This document shows positions 39,901-52,390 of a stretch of DNA of 64,000 nucleotides, piece by piece (position 1 is the stretch's first letter; each line of letters opens with the position of its first letter). The notes beneath the pieces are model-generated. The model was not told the DNA's origin and searched no databases. It was given only the letters and a program-made list of their open reading frames with translations. Origin of the DNA: Eledone cirrhosa (taxonomy: Eukaryota); the NCBI GenBank assembly GCA_964016885.1, contig OZ024743.1:128402001-128466000 (forward strand), read 5' to 3'. The translations under genes were made by a program, and so were the position numbers.

Positions 39901-41766
39901 CGCTAGCACTCCCCTCTGTAATCCAGGAAATAGGCAATTAAGGCCTGTTTAATGCCAAAAACCATTTAATTAAGGTGGAATTTGATAGTTATGCTGGAAA
40001 GCCAGATGTAGTTGCTGACCAGGGAAAAATTTAGTGGTGTATTATTTGTATAAGGTCAGAAAAACATTTAACCCTTTTGATATTAAACCACCTGAAACTG
40101 CCTCTAGTTCTACTATACAAAGCTGTTTATTTTAAAGTGTACATATTTAAATTTAAATATTTCATCATAATTTTACATGAAAACCTTTTATTCAGTTATG
40201 TTCTAAACACCAGTTTAATAATGTTGATTATTGTCAAAATTATTTGAAAAACACAGGCAGTGTCTTCCATTTTTAGTGTGGTAACAAAGGAGTTAATAAA
40301 TAATATAGTAAAGTGTGTTAGTGTATTTATATAAGGTAATGCCAATACTAATATAGAATAAAGTGTGCCAAGTGGTAGAATTCTTAAAGGATCCACTTAA
40401 TCTTTTTGACACCAAACCACCTCAAAACTGCCTCAGGTTTTGAAGACCAGAGGCTGTTTATTTTAAAGTCATTAATTTATCTAAAAATCGCAATTCTACA
40501 TTTAAATCCCATCAAGGTACTTCATTTATTGACATCAGTACTCGGTTGGTACGTTATTGATTTCAGTTTGATAAAGGGAAAATATTTACTTTCATTCTTC
40601 TGAGTTTGATCATGTTAAGTATCCATAAAGTTCTGGGATTGAGAAATTAATTACCAGCCAAATGCTTGTGTTGATAAATTGAATTCCTGTCAAATACTGG
40701 GGTCAATAAATTACAAGACTAGTACTGGGATAACATTTCTCTTTAGATAAATAATATGGTAATTATTAAATCAATTCATTGATGATTAATCAAGGAGTGA
40801 TAAAAACAAATATGTATATATTTTTAAAATAAAGTGTAGCCATATAAAATAAAAAGGACACTATGAGAAGGAAAATTTATAGTAATACAAACTTTATGAC
40901 TTATAAAACATTGGGCATCCCAAAGCAGAAATGAGGGCAACAAAGACAAAAGTGAATAGAGGCACTTTTGTCCACTGTTATTAGTTATTTCTACACTGGG
41001 ATGCTTATATTTCAAGTTATAGTAATATATTTTACATGGTTAAGATGAACACATCCCACTCTCATAACCAAATAAAAGAATCTAGTTTCCTTTTAAAGCC
41101 CAACACCACTAAATACTGCAAAGAATCTTGTTCGACATTCTGCTAATCCACCGCCCTAACAAACACTACTGATAATAATGATTAATTACATTGGCATAAG
41201 GCCATAGATTTTTTTAAAGGTTATACAGTCATTTGGATTGATCCCAAACTTGACTGATACTTACTTTAACTCTTTTGATACCAACCCAGCCTTGGTTTTG
41301 TGATACTAAACTGCCAAAGGTGTTATTTATATTAAAGCCTTCCAAGATAATTTTACGTAAGAACGCTTTGTAAGTTATGTTCTAAACACCAGCTTACTAA
41401 TGAAAAAATTATATCTTTTTCTTGTTCTTCCTCTTCATCTTCTTCCACTTATTCCTGGGAGGGTCATAGGGGTAGAGTCTTTAAGCATACCTTCCATCAG
41501 GTCCTGTCACAAGCAACTATCTCTGATTGATCTTGCTAAATCCCCAAGCAAGACTAACTGAGCTTATGGATTTTATCCAAATATTTTACTCAGGATTTAC
41601 CTCTGAGTCTCCTGCCAATGATGACCCAGTGATATTTAAGCTTAGAAAGTATCAGTATATAACTAAATATCTGACTTTCTACCCACTACTCTGCCACTTA
41701 ACTCACTATGCTACCTTCAAGAAAGTGTGGTTACTTGGCCTGCTAGAAAAGCAGCTCAAAACTCCC

Positions 41767-41994
41767 TTAACCCTTTAGCATTTAAACCAGCCGTATCCGG
41801 CCAGAATTCTCTCACCTCTTTCTGTTCAAACTGGCTGTAACTGGCTGCTCATACTGATGTTAAGGTATTGTTCTCAAAATAAATAATATCAAAATCCTAT
41901 AGATTTGATATTATGTGAGATAATTATGTGAGGTAAAGCCATTACCATGAAAATATAATGATAAATATAGATAATGGAAATGCTAAAGGGTTAG
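41767..41994. mobile_element. piggyBac-type MITE family 1
   Basis: ttaa|ccctttagcattt...aaatgctaaaggg|ttag, internally similar to 18571-18777. Confidence 0.85.
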
Positions 41995-43029
41995 ACAATA
42001 GCCACAATCTGAGAAAAGGACACATTTGATAGTTTGGTCCAGTGATCCATATACATAGAAAAAGACAGGGTGTCCACAGTTAGATTGACTTTGATCGTAT
42101 GTATGTCTGCTTCATCAAGGTTGCCCTGGAACTAAACTATATTAACTTACTATTAATAAAAATATGGGGTTAAGACTGTTTTGGGAAATACAAGTTAGAA
42201 AAAAAGAAGTAAAAAATAGTGAAGTAAAACAAATAAAACAACATAGTTAACACAAATGTGTAATTCCCTAGTTAATCAGCTTGATACAATATGTGACAAG
42301 GATGGACCTTTGAATTCGAAGTACAATTCACCTGTTGCCATCTATTCAATATTTGGATTGACCGGAGGTTATGATAAATTGACACCTGCCCAAGATACCA
42401 AACAGTGGGGCCAAAAACAGGGCCTCATGTTTGTGAAGAGACCTTAAACATTTGGCAATGCCTGTGTCCACTGTAAAATAGAGACAAATATGTGTGTTTA
42501 TGTATGTATGTATGTATATTTATGTGTGCATTTGCATGTATATGTATGTATGTATGTATGTGTGTGGATGTATGTGTGTGAGGGGAGATGTTTGGAATGA
42601 CATTTCTTCAAATCTCTCAGTAAATAATCCAAACTAAGTGATATTTCAGGAACCTTATTAAAAAGAACCACCTACAGTGATAAGATCTTGTGATTATTAG
42701 AATATTAACACAAAATTGGGAAAGGCCAACACAAAATTAGATGAGGTCCAGTAATCTGAATTATTAATGTTTCATTAATAAGAAAAATAACACACACACA
42801 CACATATATATTACAATATTAACAACAAAAAATTGGATAGGCCAACAGAAAATTAATTGAGGCCCAGTAATAAGAATTATTAATGTTTCAGTAACAAATA
42901 ATAACAGAGGTGATAAGTACTTCAGTGGATGATGTAAGATACAAACACAGATATACATAGACACATACAAACACACACACATTAGATGTTTACAACAGTT
43001 TGGTTTTTCTCATTTCACACTCAAAATTT

Positions 43030-43370
43030 ATCAAGTAGACTTTCCTTCCTGGAATAATTTTCTATAATATATTGGAGACCATTTTCCAAATTATTTACTT
43101 TCTTCTCATAAGAACACAAAGAGGTAGCAATAAAATTAAAACAAAAAGAAATTGTGCCTTCTCCCAGCTGCCCTGGATCGGCAACAGTATGTATAATTTC
43201 ATGATCAATATAGCCTCTTAGAATTGAAGAATAACTCCCTTGAAGAGTTTGCAGATTCTTCAAATATTGGTATTTTCCAATAATTACTTCTGCAAATGAA
43301 ACCATGGTAGGGAGATCGATAAATAAGGCAGACTAAAAAAAATTTAGTCTGTCTGGTTTATACTCCCATA
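43030..43370 (+). mobile_element. Possible highly decayed Penelope-like linker fragment
   Basis: Plus frame ...AFSQLPWIGNSMYNF...ILVFSN resembles the PLE thumb/linker LPWIG...VVF motif. Several stops. Confidence 0.3.
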
Positions 43371-43831
43371 AATAGAGTCTTTTTCATTTAAATTTAATAC
43401 TGTAATATTGCTCTCTGATTGATATCTTATCTATATGTTTTATCCATTCATTGAGATGTTTAAGTATTAGAGACTAATTAATCTTATATATATATATATA
43501 TATTAGCGTTGAAAGGTTCTGTTGTACAGATAAAGGAAACAGGGAGCTCTCTGTGTGAAGTACAGAGCTAAAATATTATAGTTATTATCTTCAACACAGT
43601 GATAGCAACATTTATGTGTTAAAAATAACTATATGATTTCTTTTGAATGAAATAGTTTTAGTCCTGTAAAAGCCATTTCTATATTAAACATTGTGTGTGT
43701 GTGTGTGTGTGTCCATGTACACTACTAACACCCAATTAACACTAGATTAATATCTAAAAATACGTCAGTTAACAAAAGAATGGTTCAAAAGAATATTCTA
43801 CAACACAATAGAGAGATCCAATTTTGTCAAA

Positions 43832-44295
43832 TTATCGCCACCCTCCTTCAAAAACGAAGGTGAGGCAGTTTTCCTCTGTGTGGTGGCGATGGTGAAAGAG
43901 GTTGAAAGGGCTGAGGTCAGACACTTTTCTCTCCGGCCAACAACTGATTCTTTTTTTCAAATACCACTCTGGAAGAAGAATCAGGATGGAGAGAGAGGTG
44001 CTATACCCCAGCAAGTTTTATGAAAGGTAGGTGAAAGTGGCGAGAATGGCCCGAGTGAATGGGCCCTCTCTCTATATCAGCCTGTAGGTTGAGAAAGAGG
44101 AGGAAGAGAGAAAAGGAGTGCTCACTCTTCGTACTCCTGGAGATGAGGGTTGCACATTTTTTTTCGGGGACAATCGAATGTTTTTTCTTTAATTTTTATC
44201 TGTGATATTGTTTTACACGTTTTTATTGAATGTAAACTTCCCCTATTGTACTTGTCCCCTTCTTTTGTGCCCTTGTGGCTAATAAAGAAATATAT
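43832..44295 (+). mobile_element. 3' fragment of a Tx1/L1 element related to 60440-62540
   Basis: SPPSFKNEGEAVFLCVVAMVKEV...SDTFLSGQQLILFFK...RMERE...VKVARMARVNGP and UTR ending ccttgtggctaataaa. Confidence 0.85.
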
Positions 44296-44940
44296 CTTAC
44301 ACACACATATGATATTGTGCTATATCACACAATTTATTGTAACACATATAGTTGAAAGCTGCTATAAAACATGACTAATTAAGATGTAATCTTAATTAGA
44401 CATACATACTAATTAGACATATTGTCACTCAATGACCATGAAATCATGAAATCATGAAATTAGCCAAAGTGTTAATGTCCTTACTACTACCACTACTACA
44501 ACTATTGATGATGATGATAATGAGAGATCCTCTGTTAGTTTCCATAAGTAGTTCAATTAACTAAATGTCCAACTCATGAATTAATGTTTAAGTGTTTGAA
44601 TGTTCGACCGACATGTGTACCTATAATGTACTTCCTAAGCTGAATTAGTGTGACTGTGACATAACATGTGACAAGAACCAAATAAAATATAATTTTTTTC
44701 TACTTTTTAGCACAAGGCCAGCAATTACCCAGTGCATTACTGGTACTTTATTTTATCGACCCCGTAAGGATGAAAGGCAAAGTTAATAAAATATAATTGA
44801 TTAAAACCTTTGGATGAGGTGCCCCAGCATGGCCACAATTTAATGACTGAAACCAGTGAAAGAAAAAAATATTATTATATACATTCACATATATAAACAC
44901 ATATATCCATATATATGTATGTGTATATATATATATATAT

Positions 44941-45268
44941 GGAGGCACATGGCTTAGTGGTTAGAGCATTGGCCTTGCAATCGAAAGGTTGTGAGTTCAA
45001 TTCTCAGACCGGGTGATGTGTTGTTTCCTTGAAAAAGACACTTTATTTCACATTGCTCCAGTTTACTCAGCTGTAGAAATGAGATGATAGGACTGGAGTA
45101 CCTATCATTCCACTGTAAAGTGGATGTGTAGGTGCCTTGGCAAAAAAGCACCCAGCACTCACTGTAAATGAGGCTGGGCATCCAGCTGTAGAAATCAAGC
45201 CAGAATCAGTTCCCGTCCCACCCTTGCAAGCAGGGAAAAGCGGATGTAAAATGATGATGATGATGATG

Positions 45269-45270
<2 letters not shown>
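44941..45270 (+). mobile_element. SINE family A, full length
   Basis: ggaggcacatggcttagtggttag (box A), gagttcaattc (box B), core, RTE tail and (GAT)n. Confidence 0.9.
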
Positions 45271-45299
<29 letters not shown>

Positions 45300-45365
45300 T
45301 AGTCTAGCAGAAGAAAATGGATGTAAGACAGGGAAAATTGATGATGATTATATATATATATATAT

Positions 45366-45684
45366 ATCATCATCATCATCATTTTACGTCCGCTTTTCCC
45401 TGCTTGCAAGAGTGGGACGGGAACTGATTCTGGCTTCATTTCTACAGATGGATGCCCTTCCTAACACCAACCTCATTTACTGTGAGTGCTGGGTGCTTTT
45501 TTTTCTGTGGTGCCTACACGTCCACTTTACAGTGAGTGCTGGGTGCTTTTTTGCCGTGGCACCTCCACGACCACTTTGCAGTGGAATGATATGAACCCCA
45601 GTCCTATCATCTCATTTCTACAGCTGAGTAAACTGAAGCAATGTGAAAATGTCTTGCTCAAGGAAACAACACATCACCCGGTCT
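45366..45684 (-). mobile_element. SINE family A, headless, inverted relative to 44941-45270
   Basis: Reverse complement of core and tail, with an internal duplication. Confidence 0.9.
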
Positions 45685-45939
45685 ATATATATATATATAT
45701 ATAGAACCTATATATGAGATCTGATAGTATACAGTTATATAACTGCTATAGATCAGACAATATGTCAATATGATCGACCCCCGAAACGATCGTAAAACAA
45801 TGATATGAATAGGTAAAGTACTTGACTTTGTTGTTTTTATTTTCATTGTTAATTTAATACCTAATATAGATACATACATATACACTTAAGTACGCACAAT
45901 TATATACTGCCAATATATATATACACTTACACATATACA

Positions 45940-46290
45940 TACACATGGTGGCTGCCAACTCGTTTTCGAGTACGGCCACTACTTCATATCCATGTAGGAG
46001 AACCCCTACCGATGCACTGAACGAGTGTGACTTTTTAGTCCACCCAGCGACTTGAAAACTCTGGTACAAACACTGCACTTGTGACAATTATTGACACATA
46101 GTGCCAGGCCCATGGTACCATGTGACGACAAGTGCAGAGAGATCTCCAGATATAAAGCAATGCCTGTGCCGTGAAGCTTTTATAGTGAGCAAAGGCACTG
46201 CACAAAGCCAGTCCCACTCTCTTAACTAAGATGATATTTACCAAAAAAAAAGAACAAGTCAACATCATTGGATACCATCAGGGTTGCAGG
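45940..46290 (+). mobile_element. Probable Penelope-like GIY-YIG endonuclease remnant
   Basis: Decayed GHYFIS / RRTPTDALNE...YKH...H...W..VTTSAE...KQCLCREAFIV...LN*D...HWIP follows the YIG-R-LxE-H-W-REA-LN-W order of PLE endonucleases. Confidence 0.45.
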
Positions 46291-46371
46291 TGTTATATCA
46301 GAGTTTTCCTTCTCCTAGAAGGAAAACTCTGATATAACATACATATATACACACACACATAACACACACAC

Positions 46372-46403
<32 letters not shown>

Positions 46404-46854
46404 ACATGTGCGTGTGTGCATATGTAAGAGAGAACACGCATAAATGCACATACAAATACAAACACACACATACATGTATAATTAAACAATCCCCTAAGTT
46501 TATTAACACGCCAAATTTGACCTTAGTCTATCATTAGTAGATTCCTAATAGACACCTAATGCTGTTTGTTACCACAGTTGACATTTGGGGGAAATGATGG
46601 GTATGTGTGACAGAGTGGGGGGTGACTGGAAAACAGGTAGGTGGATGGAGGTGGTATTTAATTGTTACATAAGCAGTATTTAGATCACATAATGTACAAA
46701 TGATTTACGTTGACTAAGCACAAAATCTTTTGTTAGTTTGGTAAAATTTAAGGCATAGGAGTGATCTAAATCAACCCAATAGAAAACACAAAAAGAAACA
46801 TCTTAGTAATTCAATGTTGATCAGAGACTAACAGTTAAAATACTATTATCATCA

Positions 46855-47230
46855 TCACTTATAAATCCATTTTTACATGTTTGCATGGATTAGATGAGTC
46901 CTCTCCAGTGCAGAATCCTTCTATTTGTTTATTTTCTTTAGCATCTCCTTTTTGAACTTCAGTCTCCTAAGGTCAGCTTTCACCACCTCTTCCTGCATTT
47001 GTCTTGTCTTTCCGCTTCTACAGCTTCCTTTCACGTGGAACTTGACACTTCTTCACCCAACTATCATTATACATGCACATTAATTATCTATACCGGTGTA
47101 ATATTCTCTCCTGCACACATTTGATTCCCTGTTAACCAGGTTTTTCTCTCAACTCACCTCTTTGTTGTTCCTGCACACTAACATATACATCCAACAGAGC
47201 ATGATATCATTGCTCTACCTATCATTTCCA
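46855..47230 (-). mobile_element. Old RTE 3' fragment
   Basis: (CAT)n end and decayed GRP-TW region. Similar remnants near 17290-17560, 49155-49365, 53045-53310, 56055-56515, 57425-57690 and 59230-59390. Confidence 0.65.
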
Positions 47231-47754
47231 ACCACTTTCAAACAAAGCTATGTGGGAGTGCTTTGGATTATTTGATACAAAACTGTCCATTTTTTTTTAA
47301 ATGCTTAGTCAGAGAGGGAAAGGCTTCTCAGGCCTTCTGAGACTGGTGGGAGGAAGATATCTTCAAACCAGAGACCTGACCCAAAAGCTAGTAACTGATT
47401 GGACTTTGTTAAAAGCACTGAATGACCAGGTGATGATGTTAACCCTTTCATTATATTTCTAATTATATACACTGTATTTGAATTAATGAAGAAAGACTTT
47501 TGAGGTTTTTACTAAAATTGTTGATTATTTTATTAACAAAAGGTTCTTATAGCAAATTATGTCAGAAGATATCAATTTAATAAAGAATCCTTTTAAATGA
47601 TTGGTTCTGTTTCATAGAACAGTCTTGGACAGATTGGAATCAAAATTGTTAATTAACAAATATGCATATACAACAATATTTTTAGTATAATTGACTGCAA
47701 TACATTAAATATTAAAGTCATTAGTCTAATATTTCAAATTCTCACAATGATACT

Positions 47755-48100
47755 GGAGGCACATGGCTTAGTGGTTAGAGCATTGGCCTTGCAATCGAAA
47801 GATTGTGAGTTCAATTCTCAGACCGGGTGATGTGTTGTTTCCTTGAGCAAGACACTTTATTTCACATTGCTCCAGTTTACTCAGCTGTAGAAATGAGATG
47901 ATAGGGACTAGGGTCCATATCATTCCACTGCAAAGTGGTCGTGGAGGTGCCACAGCAAAAAAGCACCCAGCACTCACTGTAAATGAGGTTGGTGTCAGGA
48001 AGGGCATCCAGCTGTAGAAATCAAGCCAGCATCAGTTCCCGTCCCACCCTTGCAAGCAGGGAAAAAGCAGACGTAAAATGAAATGATGATGATGATGATG
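47755..48100 (+). mobile_element. SINE family A, full length with TSD
   Basis: Head, core and tail as at 44941. atgatactg occurs on both flanks. Confidence 0.92.
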
Positions 48101-50859
48101 ATACTGCCACTAATAAAGATTTAAAAAAAAAACATCCAAATTAACAAAGCCATTTTTAGACTTTTTTTGCTAAATCATTACATGAGGTTAAGAGTCAAAC
48201 CAGGCAACAGATTGAGCCTACCAAGCCAAATAGGCTCCTCCTGAACTTGAACATAGAACACAAAAAAGCTGGAACATCAGATGTCCTAACAATTCTGTCA
48301 ATTCACCATTCTGGATCGGTAATAGTTTTTTATCTACCCAAATTATTTTCTATGAAAGACACAGTTGACTCCAGCATGATTTGAACTCAAAGTACAAAGA
48401 GCTAGAACAAATACTGCTTGGCATTTTGTCCTACGCTCTGACAATTCTGTCAGTCTAACACCTAAAATGTTTGTATTTAAATTAGAATGATGTCATAGTT
48501 TTATGTAAGAACACTTTAAAAAACAACAGTTCTAAATCATAGAATCAGGGTTGATTTCAGATAGTTTGATATCAAAAGGGTTAAAACATCAACTATACAT
48601 AAATCCATGAAGTTGTAGGTGTCACACCTATTTCACAGTCAGATTGACAAAGTTAAACAGTAATGATTGTTGTTGCCTGAGGGTATGACCAACTGCCAAA
48701 GGAAGAATATGAACCCATGACCTTTGGAGATATAAACCAACATTTTAAGCAGAAAAAATAAAAAATAGATAAAATAAGAATGATTGAACTTTAGATTAAA
48801 ATGGAGGTGAATATACAGATGTTTAAAAATGCAATTAGACTATTAATGTTTGTTAATGACTAAACTGAAATTAAGACAGAAAGAAAAGGTCAAATGGAAT
48901 GACCTTTTAGGGAACTGTGACTTTAGCGTTTAATATAGCCTCCACCATAAACACAGGCATGGTTGAATGGCTAAGAAGTTTGCTTTGTAAACATGATGTT
49001 CCCTGTTCAATCATACTGTGTGAAATCTTGGGCTAGAGTCTTTTACTATAGCTGGTCGACCCAAGTTTTGTGATTTTTTAAACATCTAATTTGCAGACAT
49101 TGTGAAAATTATGCTTATTTGCTAAGTAATTTAAAGAAATCACTTTCCTCTGGATATATAGAGTTTCAAATGGAGGAAGCCTTGGAAGAAGATCAAGAAA
49201 GATATGGGCAGAGGTAATAAGAGCTGATCTCCAGAAACTGGACCTCACAAAGGAGATGATAAAGGAAAAAAACAAGTGGAGGAGGGATACTGTACTGGAG
49301 AGGACTTATCTAACCCATATGAGCATGAAAAATGGATGTAAAAATGATAATGGTGATGATGATGACAGGGAACTAATTGATTAAACAAATAAACTTTAAA
49401 AATAAAACTAAAGTGACTTTATTTACAATGTAGTGCAGGAAATGACATGTTTTTTCTAAAATAGATATATTAATAGACTACAAATTTATTTAAAGGAAAA
49501 CATATTTCACGCTGTGACAGGCACACACACACACAGATATACTATGTATGTATTCACATATGTACACACACGTACACATACATATACTCTATATACATGC
49601 ACATATACACTCACATATGTATGAATGTAGCGAAATCTCTTCTCACATACTGACCCCCGAATAACACCTGGCTGCTATTTTTCTTTATCTCGGTTAGTGT
49701 CAGTGATCTGGAGAGGCTTGCCAGCTTGAGGTGAAGTGAGATAAGTTTTTTTTCTTTGGGTCATTTGACTGATTCCCTGGAAGAGAAATATCACTTCGAC
49801 CTGCTCAAGCAAGTAGCAAGATGTAGCACTCTGGCCCAAGAGCAATTCTTCCACCAGCACTTCAACTACACAGAGTCATCTGCCTCTGTGGCCCCTTGAC
49901 ACTGCTTACATTGGCTGGTGTGTACTGACTGACTAGAGCTTGTCACTTTTTAATCTAGCATCGCATATTAAACAAAGATTGCCCAGTACAACACAGAGGC
50001 CTTTTTGAACACTGTATTCCTTTGAGAATACAACCGTCAAACTTTATATTTTTATGATTCAAAGTAATCATATTCTTTTTGCTGAAGTGAAGTTAAGTTA
50101 TATATCTAACCAAGATTATTGGTATTTGTCATGTTTATCATCCTCTTCCACAATAACCAAAAACTTTGCTCCAACTGGTGACCCCAAACACATGGACTAT
50201 TTACAAAAACTTCACTTCATATATACATGCATGTGTGCATGTATATATGAAGTGTGAAGTTTTTCTATCTACAGCTGAGGCTTAGTTTCACTCAATACAT
50301 GTACATCACCTTAATATAAGTTCATTAATGCCATGTCATCATCTAATATTAACAAGTATACAAAACTAATAAAAGGAAGAAAAAATATTATGTGTTTAAC
50401 TCTTGCTAGCGATGAAGACTGACATTAATTGATAATCTCTCTCTCTCTCTCTCTCCCATATGTGTGTATGTGTGTGTGTGTGATGAAGATCGCTGGTATT
50501 ACGGTTGTGTGTAAACAATGAAATGCTTAAGGAGCATGTAGTAAGATTAAAATTTAGGATATAACCGCTTGAGACAGAAAGAAATGGACAAAACCACCTG
50601 CAGGAATTGAACCACATCACTGTTATATGCTGAAAGGCCAGGTTACCACTTAATCAAGGAGAATTCTGCCACTATTTTTCATTAATTTGAAGCTCATATC
50701 TTTCAGTTAGAATGTTAGGATGTAGACGCTTAGATCTATCTTGTTATATGATTGACACTCACACAAAAGCTTGAAACATGGACACTCACACAAAAGCTTG
50801 AAAAATCACTTGGAAGAGTCACATGATCAATACAGACATTATGATGGTCTGCTGAAGTT

Positions 50860-51125
50860 AACTGAGGAGATTCTATGATATTAATCTCTATACCAGATTC
50901 TATGAATCAAAATATCTATTAGATTCTATGGTGTCAATCTATCCAATTCTACGAGTATGATACCCAATCTCTATATCAGATTCTATGATCAGTCTATATC
51001 CCATTCTACGATGTCCATCTCTATATCAGATTCTATGATGAATGCCTATACATCATTCTAGATCAGATTCTGATACCAATCTACCAAGCTATAAGATTCT
51101 ATGATACCAATGAAATTCTATGATG
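50860..51125. repeat. Degenerate tandem repeat (tctatatcagattctatgat-like)
   Basis: Recurrent attcta(t/c)ga and ctctata motifs at roughly 20-40 bp spacing. Confidence 0.7.
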
Positions 51126-51764
51126 CAAATAAATCCATCATCCATCATCATCATCATTTTATATATATGAAATTTCATTAATATCAAATTTTTCAAGTGG
51201 AATAATTGAACAGAACTTAAACTATCGTTATATGACAAATGATTTACAAACAATTTTACTATCCCATTGTGTGTAGCTGTGATAAGCATTCATTCATCAA
51301 CATTCAATAAAATTGTTTTCCCATTACAAAGAAATCAGTTTCTCAATACACATTAATTTATTAAATCATCCATTAGCTAACAATTTATTTTTTTTTAATT
51401 AGGGGGAAGATTAAATGGATGTAATGTTCATTATTAAAGAGAATGTATTAAAATTAATATCATGTAAAATAAATTCATTAAAAAAATGTTCCTCCATTGC
51501 CATCACATATTTTGAACATAAACACTATATCTGTTTGAAACAGCTGCTAAATTTCCCTAGATTAATACCTTATTATGTGTTAAAATAGGACATATTCAAC
51601 AACATAGTATTAAACAAAAGCATAATCAGAAAGCCATGTAAGCACCAACGGATATTTTGAAATATAGCTGCAACTACATATACTACATGTAAACATAAAT
51701 TAATATCTAACACAAATTTAATCTAGATATAACTAAAGTTTTTAAATTATAAGCCTTGCTTGAA

Positions 51765-52390
51765 AATAATGATTTCTACTATAGGCACAAGGCCAGCAAT
51801 TTTGAGGGAGGGGAAAATCATTTAAATTGACCCCAGTGCATGACTGGTACTTTATTTTATCGACCCCATAAAGATGAAAGGCAAAGCTAACCTCAGCGGG
51901 ATTTGAACTCAGAACGTAAAGGGCTGTAACTCTATGCCATAAAGCAGGTTGTCCGATGCTCTACCAATACTGCCAATCCATCACTATGAAAATAATTGTT
52001 TCTACTTTAGGCACAGGGCCAGCAATTACCCAGTGCATTACTGGTACTTTATTTTATCGACCCCGTAAGGATGAAAGGCAAAGTCAACCTCGGCGGGATT
52101 TGAACTCAGATCATAAAGGGCTGTAACTCTATGCCATAAAGCAGGGTGTCCGATGCTCTACCAATACTGCCAATCCATCACTATGAAAATAATTGTTTCT
52201 AATTTTGGCACAAGGCCAGCAATTAACCAGTACATTACTGGTACTTTATTTTATCGACCCCGTAAGGATGAAAGGCAAAGTCAACCTCGGCGGGATTTGA
52301 ACTCAGATCGTAAAGGGACGTAACTATGCTGGATAGCATGGCGTCCGACCCTCTACCGATACTGCCAATCCACCATCACTATGAAAATAA
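51765..52390 (-). mobile_element. Head-to-tail trimer of SINE B
   Basis: Three units of about 200 bp, each bounded by ccatcactatgaaaataat. Confidence 0.92.

Noticed and set aside
43021-43305. 94-aa minus-strand ORF as a host exon
   Set aside because: No recognisable domain. The opposite strand shows weak transposon-like motifs.
44941-45015. tRNA gene
   Set aside because: A and B boxes are present, but the sequence is the head of a multi-copy SINE and continues into core and tail.
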